Assembly (NCBI GenBank): GCA_033581555.1
Contig: JAVQSZ010000001.1
Span: 1 to 64,000 of the forward strand
DNA length: 64,000 bases
Direction: 5' to 3'
From: Nitrososphaerota archaeon
Lineage (GTDB): Archaea; Thermoproteota; Nitrososphaeria_A; Caldarchaeales; Calditenuaceae
In this document: positions 46,884 to 57,211 of the stretch, one piece after another
How the letters are laid out: the number at the start of each line of letters is the position of its first letter
Position numbering within the stretch: position 1 is the first letter of the stretch
The notes under the pieces: model-generated
The model's database searches: none
What the model was told of the DNA's origin: nothing
What the model saw: the letters and a program-made list of their open reading frames with translations, nothing else
Position numbers and translations under genes: made by a program

Positions 46884-47359
46884 GCGGGGAGGAGCAGCTC
46901 CTCGTCAGGAAGATCGACTGGGGGACCGTCATCGACCACATCCCGAGCTGGAAGGCCGACCAGGTCTTGAAGCTGATCGAGGCCGAGTCGCTGACGAAGG
47001 ACCCCGACGTCTCGGTGATCGTGCTGAAGAGCGTCCCGAGCAGGAAGTACGGGAGGAAGGACGTGATCAAGCTCTACCATTATTACATTAAGGAGCCTGA
47101 CGCGGCGTTGATCAAGCTGCTCTTCCCCACCGCGACCATCAACTTCATCCGGGACTGGAAGGTCCAGAAGTACGTCCCGAACCTGCCTGAGGAGCTGGTG
47201 GGGAAGGTCAGGTGCCCCGAGGTCACCTGCATCTCGAACGCCAAGAGGGAGCCGGTCGTGAGGAGGTTCAGGGTGCTCAAGGAGCAGGGGTACGTCCAGT
47301 GCTACTACTGCGACGCGCTCCTCGAGATCTCCTCCATACCGGACTTCATCGCCGCGTAG
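46880..47359 (+). CDS. pyrI: Aspartate carbamoyltransferase regulatory subunit
   Basis: GTVIDHI, S.K.G.KD.IK, CP...C..CYYC. Confidence 0.95.
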   Translation: MSGEEQLLVRKIDWGTVIDHIPSWKADQVLKLIEAESLTKDPDVSVIVLKSVPSRKYGRKDVIKLYHYYIKEPDAALIKLLFPTATINFIRDWKVQKYVPNLPEELVGKVRCPEVTCISNAKREPVVRRFRVLKEQGYVQCYYCDALLEISSIPDFIAA

Positions 47360-47449
47360 TACTCGGGACACTGGCCGAGGAAGTTCCTGCACAGAGAGGC
47401 CGCTAGCCTTGATAACCTCTTTACGGACTGTGCCCTATGCGGTGACGGG

Positions 47450-48211
47450 ATGGAGGTAGTCCACCTGAGGTTCCCGAACGCCGACTACGTGACCGACGTG
47501 CTGAGGGCCATAACCGCGGTGATCGAGGAGGGGACCTTCAAGGTCTCGCCGGAGTCGGTGAGGTTGACCGCGATGGACCCGGCCCACATCTCCTTGGTCG
47601 ACATGGAGCTGAGAAGGGAGGCTGCGGAGGAGTATAAGGTGACGAAGGAGGTCGAGATCACGCTGAACGTAGAGGAACTCGTGAAGCTCCTCAGGAGGGC
47701 TAGGAAGAACGAGGCCCTCGTCCTCTCCTATGACGACGACGTCAGGAGGCTCACCCTCTCGCTGGTCGACGTCAGGGGAGGGAAGGAGAGGGACTTCGTG
47801 GTCAACACCCTCGAGCCGATGGGCGGGACCATCAACCCCCCGAACCTCAGCTTCGAGGCCTGGGCAAGGGTCTCCTCGGACGAGTTCTACGAGGCGATCG
47901 AGGACGCGAAGGCGATCTCGGACGCTGTCAGGATCACAATCAGGCCCGACGCTTTGATCATCCTGGCCAAGGGAGAGGCGAAGTCGTCCCAACACAAGTT
48001 CGTGAAGGGGGGCGCTGCGCTCTACGAGGTCGACGCGAGGTCAGACGTCTCGGCCTCCTTCAGCATCGCGTATCTGGAGAAGATCGTGAAGCCTGCGAAG
48101 CAGCTCTCCGACGAGATGACCGTCCACCTCAGCAACAACAGGCCGATCAAGCTGAGCTTCCCGCTCTCGGGGGGCAGAGTCGACTACCTGATAGCCCCGA
48201 GGATGGACTGA
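47450..48211 (+). CDS. pcn: Sliding clamp PCNA
   Basis: AMDPAHISLV, YLIAPR. Confidence 0.95.
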   Translation: MEVVHLRFPNADYVTDVLRAITAVIEEGTFKVSPESVRLTAMDPAHISLVDMELRREAAEEYKVTKEVEITLNVEELVKLLRRARKNEALVLSYDDDVRRLTLSLVDVRGGKERDFVVNTLEPMGGTINPPNLSFEAWARVSSDEFYEAIEDAKAISDAVRITIRPDALIILAKGEAKSSQHKFVKGGAALYEVDARSDVSASFSIAYLEKIVKPAKQLSDEMTVHLSNNRPIKLSFPLSGGRVDYLIAPRMD

Positions 48212-48212
48212 G

Positions 48213-49355
48213 CTAGGCCTCGGCCCTTACCAGCAGGACCTCCAGGTGACCGTACTTCACCCTCCTCGATGCTGTGACGCTCCACCCGGCCTCAGCGAGG
48301 GCCCTCGTCGCGACCACGTGCTTGCTGAAGATGGCCACCAGCGTCCCGCAGCGCAGCCCCCTCCTGATCGAGGAGAAGGACCTGACGTAGAACTCGTAGG
48401 GGTCGGAGGGCCCGCTCCTGATCCCGAAGGGAGGGTCGGTCACGACGAGCGCATCGGCTCCGAGCTCCCCGAGCTTCGGCCAGAGCTCAAACCGCTGAGC
48501 GTCCAACATCTCCAGCAACACCTTACCCGATAGGCCAGCTGCCTCCACGTTCCTCTTCGCGGCCTCGAGGGCTCTGGGTGAGACGTCAGACCCGATCACC
48601 CTGAGCTCCCTCTCCCTCCGCTCGGACCCGATGAGCTCCGACCTCACCGACTCCACTAGCTCCTCCTCGAAGAGCCTGAGCCTCGTCAGCGCGAGGTCCC
48701 TCGGGTCCCTGTAGACCGTGGGGCAGACGTCGAGCCCGGCCAGCGCGGCCTCGATCGGTATCGTCGCGGTGCCGCAGAAGGGGTCGATCAGGGCCCTTTC
48801 GGGCGTCCAGCCGGAGAACCTGACCATGAGGTACGCGAGGGTGGCGGGGAGGGCGGTCCTGTGGCCAGAGGCCCTGTAGAACCTCCTCTGGAGCGACCTC
48901 CCGACCAGGTTGACCCCGAGCGTGAACCGGTCGTCCCTGAGGAGCGCGAAGAGCTCGACGTCCGGATCGTTCAGGTCCACCCTCAACCTCACGCCGGTCG
49001 CCTCCAGGTAGGACTGGATCACGGCGGCCCCGACCTCAGCGGCCACGTCCATGCTCGTGAAGTCATGCGTCCCTACCCTCTCCGCCCTGACCGCGAAGCT
49101 CTGGTCCTGCGAGACGACACCCCTCAGGTCCAGGGACCTCACTATGTCGCCGACCTCCCTCAGCCCGGAGACGGTCGCGTCGACGAGCTCAAGGAAGACC
49201 TTGTTTATCCCACGGGAGGCCAGGACGAGCCTCACCAACTCCCTCTTGTCACACTCGACGACCACCTTCGAGACGTCCAGCTCGGCCCTCCTCCCTAGCA
49301 GCGACTCGACTTCGGACGCCGCGACGTCCTCGAGCCCGGTGAACGTCGTCGCCAT
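48213..49355 (-). CDS. THUMP-domain tRNA guanine-N2 methyltransferase (Trm14-like)
   Basis: TT..GLED, FAVRAERVGTHDFTS, DPFCGTATIPIE, TDPPFG. Confidence 0.88.
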   Translation of the reverse strand: MATTFTGLEDVAASEVESLLGRRAELDVSKVVVECDKRELVRLVLASRGINKVFLELVDATVSGLREVGDIVRSLDLRGVVSQDQSFAVRAERVGTHDFTSMDVAAEVGAAVIQSYLEATGVRLRVDLNDPDVELFALLRDDRFTLGVNLVGRSLQRRFYRASGHRTALPATLAYLMVRFSGWTPERALIDPFCGTATIPIEAALAGLDVCPTVYRDPRDLALTRLRLFEEELVESVRSELIGSERRERELRVIGSDVSPRALEAAKRNVEAAGLSGKVLLEMLDAQRFELWPKLGELGADALVVTDPPFGIRSGPSDPYEFYVRSFSSIRRGLRCGTLVAIFSKHVVATRALAEAGWSVTASRRVKYGHLEVLLVRAEA

Positions 49356-49469
49356 CGCCCTCAAGCGGCTTCCGGCCCGACGCGGTCCGCCGACCCGATT
49401 AATACTGCGCGAACCGTCGGCCGGTTGACCGCTGAACCCTCTAATATCCGGGGTAGAACGTGAAAGGGC

Positions 49470-49781
49470 GTGAGCGAGTGGAACCTCGAGGACTTCGAGA
49501 AGGTCTTCCCGCACCTCTCCGGGGAGCTCAGGTCGAGGCCGCAACTCAGGGCGAGGGTCGACGCGCTCAGGGGCTTCATGCCCGGCCCCATCGACTACCT
49601 CTCTAGGTGTTCCAGCAACGAGGAGGCGATCAGCGTGGTCGACTACCTCCTGGAGAGGGGAGAGCTGACCGAGAGGGAGGCAGAGGAGCTCAAGTCGAGG
49701 ATCCGGAGCGAAGGGGTCCGCGGGCTGGTCGAGAAGCGGGAGGAGGGCTACTACCTCAGGAGGTTCGGGTCAGGCGTTTAG
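49470..49781 (+). CDS. DUF2095-like conserved archaeal protein
   Basis: F.K.FPHL..EL, PGPIDYL.RC...EA..V..YL, GYY. Confidence 0.8.
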   Translation: MSEWNLEDFEKVFPHLSGELRSRPQLRARVDALRGFMPGPIDYLSRCSSNEEAISVVDYLLERGELTEREAEELKSRIRSEGVRGLVEKREEGYYLRRFGSGV

Positions 49782-50392
49782 GTCCTAACGGCCTCCGCGG
49801 CCCTCGCTGGAGGCTCAGGAGAAGTGTAGACCCAGTTCGGGAGCGCGACGACCTTGGACTTACATACCCCGACGTGCCTTGGTATCAGGATCCTCTTGAC
49901 CTGGTTGACGACGTCCGAGCCCATCTTCCCCAACACCATCTCGATCGCGAACTGGTCGTGGTTGAGCCTCGAGGCCGCGTCCTCGAAGACCGAGCGCATC
50001 GTCCTCCTGATGTCCACGATCTTCCCGCGCCTTATTCGCCTGTTGGTGAAGACGACGCCGTAGACCCTCAGCCCGAACCCGTCCAGCGTGGTGACGTCGA
50101 AGACCCCTTCGACCATCGTCGTACCCCTCCTGATCAGGCTCCTGAGGAATTCCCTCCCGTACTCGTGGCCGTAGAAGACGGTCTCGGCGTACCTGCCGTT
50201 GACCCGCACCACCCTGAACTTCACCAGCATGTACTGCTTAGTGATGTCGTCGGTGAGCGTGTAAAGACTGACCGTGACCGTCCTCCCGATCAGTTTAGCA
50301 GGGTCGTCGGCGTAGGTGTAACCCAGCTCCCGCTCGCCGAAGTACCTCGGAGCCCTGATCACGTACTCGTCCTTCGCCCTCTCCTCGGGCAT
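49778..50392 (-). CDS. rps3ae: 30S ribosomal protein S3Ae (eS1)
   Basis: AP..F...LG.T.ADDP..LIGR, GHE...EFLRSLIRR. Confidence 0.94.
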   Translation of the reverse strand: MPEERAKDEYVIRAPRYFGERELGYTYADDPAKLIGRTVTVSLYTLTDDITKQYMLVKFRVVRVNGRYAETVFYGHEYGREFLRSLIRRGTTMVEGVFDVTTLDGFGLRVYGVVFTNRRIRRGKIVDIRRTMRSVFEDAASRLNHDQFAIEMVLGKMGSDVVNQVKRILIPRHVGVCKSKVVALPNWVYTSPEPPARAAEAVRT

Positions 50393-50454
50393 CCTCGCGC
50401 CAGCTCCGTGCCGGATTTAATAACCCCATCGAGGCCGCGTGAACCCGGGCAGGC

Positions 50455-51417
50455 TTGACCGCGGGTAAGCACTCGGGGCTACCCTCCCTCGGGATAGTCC
50501 TCGAGGGCGACAGGCCTCACGCCGAGCTGGTGCGCCTCGCCTCGCTCGCGGAGAGGCTCGGGTTCGACTCGGTCCACCTCTACGAACATCTGCCCCACAG
50601 GCCGGCATGGGCGTCGGCTTTCCTCGTGGCTAGGGAGACCTCGATGGTCCGAGTGGGCCCGGTGACCGTGCCGGCGTTCGCCTACGTGCCGGTGGTCCTC
50701 GCGAGGTTCGCGGCCGCGCTGAGCGAGGTCGCGGGGAGCAGGGCGGTGCTCGGCGTCTCGAGGGGAGCCTTCGGGGAGCTGATCGGGAGAAAGAGGCCGA
50801 GCGTCAGCGAGTTCGTCGCGTACCTGAAGGCCCTTAACGGTCTCCTGGCCGGCGACCCGAGCCCTCCGGCGCTGGGCTGGGCCGTCGGGAAGACTCCGAG
50901 GCTCTACGTCGGGACCTCAGGGACGAGGCTCTGCGCGATCGCTGCTTCGCTGCGCTTCGTCTCGGGCATCGTGGTCGACAACCTCTGGGACCCGGAGTAC
51001 GCGAGGTTGATGGCGACGACCGCGAGGGAGGCTAGGGCCTCGGCCTCCTCGGACCCTGAGGGCTTCGAGCTGGTCGCGAGGCCGTTCTGTTACGTCTCAG
51101 AAGATAGAAGAGAGGCGCTCTCGGCCCTCCTCCCAGTCCTGAGGGAGTACTTGGTCCAATTGGTCGGGAACTCGCCGATGCTCAGGCACGCGGGGCTCGA
51201 CGTCGCTTCAGTGGAGGAGGCGCTCCGGGGGCCCTCCGACATGGCCGAGGAGGTCGCTAGGAGGTTCGCGTTCTTCGGGACCGTCGAGGAGCTCGAGCAG
51301 CAGCTGCGCGAGATATCGAAGTCCGGGGTTACTTTGGTCTGCCTCGGTTACCCCCTCGGCAAGGACCCGGAAGAGGCGATTAGGTCAGTCGGTAGTGCCC
51401 TGCTCCCGCGTCGGTAG
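50455..51417 (+). CDS. LLM-class (luciferase-like/Mer-like) flavin- or F420-dependent oxidoreductase
   Basis: AE.LGFDSV...EH, T....VGP, FFGT.EE. Confidence 0.82.
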   Translation: MTAGKHSGLPSLGIVLEGDRPHAELVRLASLAERLGFDSVHLYEHLPHRPAWASAFLVARETSMVRVGPVTVPAFAYVPVVLARFAAALSEVAGSRAVLGVSRGAFGELIGRKRPSVSEFVAYLKALNGLLAGDPSPPALGWAVGKTPRLYVGTSGTRLCAIAASLRFVSGIVVDNLWDPEYARLMATTAREARASASSDPEGFELVARPFCYVSEDRREALSALLPVLREYLVQLVGNSPMLRHAGLDVASVEEALRGPSDMAEEVARRFAFFGTVEELEQQLREISKSGVTLVCLGYPLGKDPEEAIRSVGSALLPRR

Positions 51418-51459
51418 ACCGGCCGTCGCGTCGCTATACTTTTAAGAAGCCGACGTCGA

Positions 51460-51999
51460 ATGACGCCGATGCCCGCCGCCTACGCGAGGCTCAACGAGCT
51501 CTGGAGGGAGAGGCCGGAGGAGCTGGTGAGGCTCCTGAGGGAGAGGCGGATCGGGTGGAGGAGGGAGCCGTCGGTCGTGAGGGTCGAGAGGCCGCTCAGG
51601 CTCGACAGGGCGAGGCGGATCGGCTACAGGGCGAAGCAGGGCTTCGTCGTCCTGAGGGTCAGGGTGAGGAGGGGAGGTTTCGCGAGGCCGAGGCCGAACT
51701 CCGGGAGGAGGCCGAAGGCGCTGGGCGTCGTGAAGCACAAGGTAAACGTCACGGCGCTCGAGGAGGCGATCTCAAGGGTCAAGAGGAGGTACCCGAACCT
51801 CCACGTCCTGGGAGGATACCTCCTCACGTCGGACAGCCTCTACCAATGGTTCGAGGTGATCGCGGTCGACCCTTACCACCCGTCCGTCTACAACGACCGG
51901 CAGCTGAGGATCCCCGACCCGCTCAGGAGGAGGGTAGTGAAGAGGCTCGCGAGGAGGGGCGTCAAGCCGGTCGGCCAGGTGCTCCAGCCGTTCGAATGA
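51460..51999 (+). CDS. rpl15e: 50S ribosomal protein L15e
   Basis: WRRE..V.R.ERP.RLDRAR..GY.AKQG, GRRPK. Confidence 0.96.
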   Translation: MTPMPAAYARLNELWRERPEELVRLLRERRIGWRREPSVVRVERPLRLDRARRIGYRAKQGFVVLRVRVRRGGFARPRPNSGRRPKALGVVKHKVNVTALEEAISRVKRRYPNLHVLGGYLLTSDSLYQWFEVIAVDPYHPSVYNDRQLRIPDPLRRRVVKRLARRGVKPVGQVLQPFE

Positions 52000-52592
52000 C
52001 CCGAGCTCCGCGTCCGAGGCGTTACCTGATAGGCCTCTCAATCCTAGGGGCTGATCCGTCGGACCACCAGGCCCTCCTCTCCGAGGTGAGGTCGCTCCTG
52101 AGCGGGACCAGCGCTCAGGTCATCGAGGTGAGGATCTCCGACGCGAGGGTCGAGGTGGACCTGAGGACGGAGGCGATCTCCGAGGCCCTCGAGGTGCTCG
52201 GAAAGCTCGGCGAGGTCCAGCACTGCGTCGAGGTTGGGGTCGAGGAGCCCGGCGCGGACCCCTTCGAGAGGGCGGTAAGGCTTTACACCGAGAGGAGGTA
52301 CTGGGAGGCCCACGAGGCCCTCGAGTCGCTCTGGAGGAAGTCCGGGGGCCAGGAGAGGGCCCTGCTCAACGGGCTGATCCTGATCGCGGCGGCACACGTC
52401 AAGCTCCAGACCGGCGACCGGGAGGGATACTTCAGGCTCCTCAGGAGGGCCCTCGGGAGGCTCGAGGCGTCGGAGATCCGGGAGTACAGGGGGCTCGACG
52501 TCAGTGCGATGGTTGATGCGATCAGGCAGGTCCTCGAGGAGGGCCGCACGGGCTTCGGGCTGATCCCGCTGGTCCGGAGAGGGGACGCGTAA
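51996..52592 (+). CDS. DUF309 domain protein
   Basis: YWEAHEALE.LW...GLI..AAA..K; ATGA overlap with rpl15e. Confidence 0.85.
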   Translation: MTRAPRPRRYLIGLSILGADPSDHQALLSEVRSLLSGTSAQVIEVRISDARVEVDLRTEAISEALEVLGKLGEVQHCVEVGVEEPGADPFERAVRLYTERRYWEAHEALESLWRKSGGQERALLNGLILIAAAHVKLQTGDREGYFRLLRRALGRLEASEIREYRGLDVSAMVDAIRQVLEEGRTGFGLIPLVRRGDA

Positions 52593-52625
52593 ACACATAT
52601 TGAGTCCCCGGCGATCTCAAGGGCG

Positions 52626-53522
52626 ATGAGCGAGCAGCGCGAACCGCTCGTCTACATCGACGGCGAGTTCTACCCCAAGTCCCAAGCGAAGGTCTCGGTC
52701 TTCGACCACGGACTCCTTTACGGAGACGGCGTCTTCGAGGGGATCAGGGTCTACGACGGTGTGGTCTTCAAGCTCAAGGAGCACATCGACAGGCTCTACA
52801 ATTCCGCGAAGGTCCTCAGGATCAGAATACCGATGGACAAGGAGACGATGATCGGCGAGGTCGTGAGGACAGTCAGGGCCAACGGCTTCAGGGACGCGTA
52901 CATCAGGCTAGTGGTCACGAGGGGCGTCGGCGACCTGGGCCTGGACCCGAGGAAGTGCGGGAGGCCGAGCGTGATCATCATCGTCGAGCACCTGGAGCCG
53001 ATACTGGGGAAGGGCGAGAGGGAGTTCGGTGTATCGGTGATCATCAGCTCGACGAGAAGGGACCCGGTCTACGCCACGAGCCACGAGGTCAAGTCCCTCA
53101 ACTACCTCAACTCGATCCTCGCGAAGATCGAAGCGATTGAGGCTGGCGCCGACGACGCGATCATGCTCGACAGCCGAGGCTTCCTCTCCGAGGCCACAGG
53201 CGCGAACCTCTTCATCGTGCGGGACGGGAAGCTCTACACGCCGCCTGTCACCGCGGGCATCCTCCCCGGGATAACGAGGGCGGTCGTGATGGAGATCGCC
53301 GCGAGGCTCGGGATACCCGTGATCGAGCGGGACCTCACACCGGTCGAGCTGATGATCGCCGACGAGGCCTTCGTCACCGGCACGGGAGCGGAGCTGGTGC
53401 CGATAGGGTTCGTGAACAAACTCCCGATCAACGACGGCCGTCCCGGCCCAGTCTTCAGGAAGATCCTCGAGGAGTTCAACAGGGTGAAGAGGGACCCACG
53501 TAACGGAGTGAAGGCACTATAG
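52626..53522 (+). CDS. ilvE: Branched-chain amino acid aminotransferase
   Basis: DHGLLYGDGVFEG, KSLNYL, E..G.N, LPGITR. Confidence 0.95.
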   Translation: MSEQREPLVYIDGEFYPKSQAKVSVFDHGLLYGDGVFEGIRVYDGVVFKLKEHIDRLYNSAKVLRIRIPMDKETMIGEVVRTVRANGFRDAYIRLVVTRGVGDLGLDPRKCGRPSVIIIVEHLEPILGKGEREFGVSVIISSTRRDPVYATSHEVKSLNYLNSILAKIEAIEAGADDAIMLDSRGFLSEATGANLFIVRDGKLYTPPVTAGILPGITRAVVMEIAARLGIPVIERDLTPVELMIADEAFVTGTGAELVPIGFVNKLPINDGRPGPVFRKILEEFNRVKRDPRNGVKAL

Positions 53523-53545
53523 GGCCTGAAACCCGAGCGTCTTCT

Positions 53546-54997
53546 CTAGGCGCCCAACCAATAGAGGATCAGGGACTGGACCTGGGGCAGGTAGAGCCCG
53601 AACGAGGCTATCAGCGCGAGGAGTACTGCCATCGGAACGGCCATGCTGATCGGCGCGTCGTGGGTGTGCCTGTACTCTCCGACCTGGAAGACGTACATGA
53701 AGGTCCTGGTGTAGTACCCGAGGGTTATCGCCGTCGCGAGGATCGCGACGAAGGTCAGGGTCCACAGTCCGGCCTGGAAGCCTCCAAGGAAGATCACCAG
53801 CTCGCTGAAGAAGCCCGCGAGGGGCGGGGTGCCGGCGATCGAGAGGCCGCCCACGAGGAAGGCGACCGCGGTGAAGGGCATCGCGCCGATAAGGCCTCCT
53901 AACTTCCTGATGTCCCTCTCCCCCACCGAGTGGATTATCACTCCTGCGGTCATGAAGAGCAGCGACTTCGCGAGCCCGTGGGTGAAGACCTGAAGTAGGC
54001 CGCCGTTGACGCCGAGCGGTATGAAGACCGAGAGGCCGAAGGAGATGTACCCGATCTGGCTGACGGAGCTGTACGCGAGTATCCTCTTTATGTCGGTCTG
54101 GACCAGCGCCATCGCGCCACCCCAGATCATGGTAACGACCGAGAGGAGCGCGACCACGTCGGAGTAGACCCTGAACGCGTCGCCCAGCATTCCGATCACG
54201 ATCCTCGCGAAGGCATAGGCGCCGGTCTTGATCATCACGCCGCTCAGCAGGACGCTTATCGGGGTCGGGGCCTCGGCGTGGGCGTCGGGGAGCCAAGTGT
54301 GAACGGGGAAGAGGGCCATCTTGACCGCGGCCCCCACGAGAATCAGCGCGGATATCGTTACCAGCTCAGGCCTCGGGCTCGCGGCCGCCATCCTCTCGAT
54401 CGTCGAGAACTCTACGTTGCCGTAGAGGGCGTTGAGCCAGATGATCCCCGCGAGCAGGGAGAGCGCTCCTGCGTGGGTCATCGCGAAGTACTTGAACCCG
54501 ATCACCCTCGCGTTCCCTGTACCCCAGTAGGCGATGAGGAAGTAGCTCGGTATCAGCATGACCTCCCAGAAGATGTAGAACAGGAAGAGGTTCGTGACCA
54601 GCACGACCCCGATCATCCCCCCGACAAAGAGCATCAGGAGCGGGTAGTACACCTCCAGGGCCCTCTCCTTCTCCATGTACCTCCACGAGTAGACGCTGGA
54701 GAGGAACCCGACGAGCGTGATCAGGAGGAGGAAGAAGTAGCTGAGGCCGTCGAGCCTGAAGCCGAGCGTGAGGCCGAGCTGCGGGAGCCACGGTATCGAC
54801 TCTTCGACCACCCTGCCCGCCAGGACGTCGGGGAGGTGAAGGAGCGTGAGGGCGAACGGCACGGCCAGCGTGACCGAGGAGATCGCCGCGGAGGCCCTCC
54901 AGCCCGCGACCCTCCCGTAGATCAGGGCGAGGGGCGCGAAGCCCAGGGGGACCGCGACCATCAGGAGTAACGTCGGGAAGCCCGGGGCAAGCGACAT
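53546..54997 (-). CDS. NuoM/Mrp-like proton-translocating antiporter subunit
   Basis: FYIFWE, K...FP.HTWLPDAHAEAP, KR..AYSS.SQ, P.L.GF..E. Confidence 0.88.
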   Translation of the reverse strand: MSLAPGFPTLLLMVAVPLGFAPLALIYGRVAGWRASAAISSVTLAVPFALTLLHLPDVLAGRVVEESIPWLPQLGLTLGFRLDGLSYFFLLLITLVGFLSSVYSWRYMEKERALEVYYPLLMLFVGGMIGVVLVTNLFLFYIFWEVMLIPSYFLIAYWGTGNARVIGFKYFAMTHAGALSLLAGIIWLNALYGNVEFSTIERMAAASPRPELVTISALILVGAAVKMALFPVHTWLPDAHAEAPTPISVLLSGVMIKTGAYAFARIVIGMLGDAFRVYSDVVALLSVVTMIWGGAMALVQTDIKRILAYSSVSQIGYISFGLSVFIPLGVNGGLLQVFTHGLAKSLLFMTAGVIIHSVGERDIRKLGGLIGAMPFTAVAFLVGGLSIAGTPPLAGFFSELVIFLGGFQAGLWTLTFVAILATAITLGYYTRTFMYVFQVGEYRHTHDAPISMAVPMAVLLALIASFGLYLPQVQSLILYWLGA

Positions 54998-55116
54998 TTC
55001 ACGATCCGTCGCGCTGTAGAACCTCATAAACCGTTCACGGCGCGAAGAGGAACGGGCAGTCCGGGTCCGCGCGGGGGAGTAGGAGATAAATCCGGAGGGG
55101 CGAAGGCCCCAACGGA

Positions 55117-55632
55117 ATGCCCCAGACGGTCTCGGAGGCGATCCGGAGGAGGCTCGACTGGAGGAGCTTCGCGGAGAGGCCCGTCCCGAGGGAGGATGTG
55201 ATCGCGATACTCGACGCAGCGAGGTGGGCGGGGAGCGGGAAGAACGCCCAGCACTGGAGGTTCGTGCTGGTCGAGGGCAGGGAGGAGCTGAAGTGGCTCG
55301 CGGACCACTCTCCGAGCGGCAGGTGGTTGGCTGGGGCAGCGTTCGCGGTGATCGTGACGACTGACCCCTCCTATCCCTACCACAAGCTCGACGCCGGCAG
55401 GGCCCTCACCAACATGCAGCTCGAGGCCTGGAGCAGGGGAATAGTCTCCTGCATCACGACGGGCTTCGACGAGAGGGCTATCAGGGAGAGGTACGGCATA
55501 CCGGAGGGGCGCTCGATCGACCTGATCGTCGGCTTCGGCTACCCCGATAGGAGGCTGGTCGGTAGGAAGAGCAGGAGGCCGTTACGGGAGCTGGCGTACG
55601 AGGGCAGGTACGGCGCGCCTCTCGGGGCATGA
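55117..55632 (+). CDS. Nitroreductase family protein
   Basis: I..R...R.F, AR.A.S..N.Q.W.F, GYP. Confidence 0.9.
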   Translation: MPQTVSEAIRRRLDWRSFAERPVPREDVIAILDAARWAGSGKNAQHWRFVLVEGREELKWLADHSPSGRWLAGAAFAVIVTTDPSYPYHKLDAGRALTNMQLEAWSRGIVSCITTGFDERAIRERYGIPEGRSIDLIVGFGYPDRRLVGRKSRRPLRELAYEGRYGAPLGA

Positions 55633-57209
55633 GCGGGACGGCAGCGGGCCTCGCGAGGACAGTGGCCGCGGAGATCGCGAGGAGGGGAGTCACAGACAAG
55701 TCCGAGGCGAACAGGGTCAAAGTCGAGGTCGCGAAGTCGCTGAGGGCGGGCTTCGTCCCGTCGGACGCAGAGGTCGTCCGCGCGCTGATCGAGATGGGCC
55801 ACCGGGAGATCGCGGAGGCGCTCAGGGCGAAGCCGGTGAAGACGAGGTCAGGCGTCTCGGTCATCACGGTGGTCCTTCCGCTCTTCCTCTGCCCCCACGG
55901 TCGCTGCGTCTACTGCCCGGGAGGAGGAAGCACCGGAGTTCCCCAGAGCTACACGGGAAGGGAGGCGTGGGTCGACTTCGCGAGGTCGATCGGCTATGAC
56001 GTCAGGCTCCAGGTCGAGGCCCAGGCCTCCAAGCTGGGGAGTATGGGCCATCGGGTCGACAAGGTCGAGCTGATCTTCATCGGCGGGACGTTCACCGCGG
56101 CTCCCCTCGAGTTCCAGAGGAGGGCGATCAAGGAGGCGCTCGACGGACTCCACGGCCCCTCCACCTCGCTAAGGGAGGCGCTCGAGAGGGCCGAGAGCGC
56201 GATGCCCCGGGTCTCGGGGATTACCGTCGAGACGAAGCCCGATTGGGCGAAGGGGAGCGTCGGCGACGAGCTACTCCGGATGGGCGTCACGAGGGTCGAG
56301 ATAGGCGTACAGGCGCTCGACGACGAAGTCTACCGGATCGTGAGGAGGGGCCATACGGTCCAGGACGTCGCCTACGCGACCGCGGACCTGAGGGACAGGG
56401 CCTTTAAGGTGACCTACCACGTGATGCCGGGCCTCCCAAGGAGCACGCCCCAGAGGGACCGGGAGTGGTTCAGGCAGCTCTTCGACGACCCGAGGTTCAG
56501 GCCCGACGCGCTTAAGGTCTACCCGACGATGGTCCTGCCCGGGACGCCGCTTCACGCGATGTACGCGCGGGGCGAGTACGAGCCCTACGACCTCGAGGAG
56601 ATGGTGGAGCTGCTGGTGGACTGGCTGAGCTTCGTACCTCCCTACGTCAGGGTGAACAGGATCAGGAGGGAGATACCGGAGGAGGCAGCAGTCGCCGGCG
56701 CGTGGCCCGGGAACCTAAGGCAGCTGGTCGAGGCGAGGATGCGGAGCAGGGGCCTGAGGTGCAGGTGCGTGAGGTGCAGGGAGGTCGGGAACCCGGAGGC
56801 CTGGGACGGAGTAGACCCTTCCGAGGTGACTTTCGAGGTCTCGGAGCTCCGGTATGAGGCCTCGGGAGGCACGGAGTTCTTCCTCTCCTACGAGGACCCG
56901 GAGAGTGGGCTACTGGCCGGACTCCTGAGGCTCAGGCTCCCGGAGAGGGACGTTAACGGGCTGACTGAGGGCGCGGCGCTCGTGAGGGAGCTCCACGTCT
57001 ACGGCCCGTTGGTCCCGGTCGGTCGCAAGGACCCGGTGTCATGGCAGCACAAGGGCATCGGCGCAAAGCTGATGGCGAGGGCAGAGGAGATCGCCGGTTC
57101 AGAGGGGAGAAGGAGGGTGCTGGTGATCAGCGGCGTCGGTGTGAGGGAGTACTACTACAGGCTTGGGTACAGGAGGTTCGGGCCCTACGTCGCCAAGGAC
57201 CTCCGCTGA
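55629..57209 (+). CDS. elp3: Elp3 tRNA uridine(34) acetyltransferase (radical SAM + GNAT)
   Basis: CPHGRC.YCPGG..PQSYTG, RELHVYG, QHKG.G, SGVGVREYY. Confidence 0.94.
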   Translation: MSGTAAGLARTVAAEIARRGVTDKSEANRVKVEVAKSLRAGFVPSDAEVVRALIEMGHREIAEALRAKPVKTRSGVSVITVVLPLFLCPHGRCVYCPGGGSTGVPQSYTGREAWVDFARSIGYDVRLQVEAQASKLGSMGHRVDKVELIFIGGTFTAAPLEFQRRAIKEALDGLHGPSTSLREALERAESAMPRVSGITVETKPDWAKGSVGDELLRMGVTRVEIGVQALDDEVYRIVRRGHTVQDVAYATADLRDRAFKVTYHVMPGLPRSTPQRDREWFRQLFDDPRFRPDALKVYPTMVLPGTPLHAMYARGEYEPYDLEEMVELLVDWLSFVPPYVRVNRIRREIPEEAAVAGAWPGNLRQLVEARMRSRGLRCRCVRCREVGNPEAWDGVDPSEVTFEVSELRYEASGGTEFFLSYEDPESGLLAGLLRLRLPERDVNGLTEGAALVRELHVYGPLVPVGRKDPVSWQHKGIGAKLMARAEEIAGSEGRRRVLVISGVGVREYYYRLGYRRFGPYVAKDLR

Positions 57210-57211
57210 CC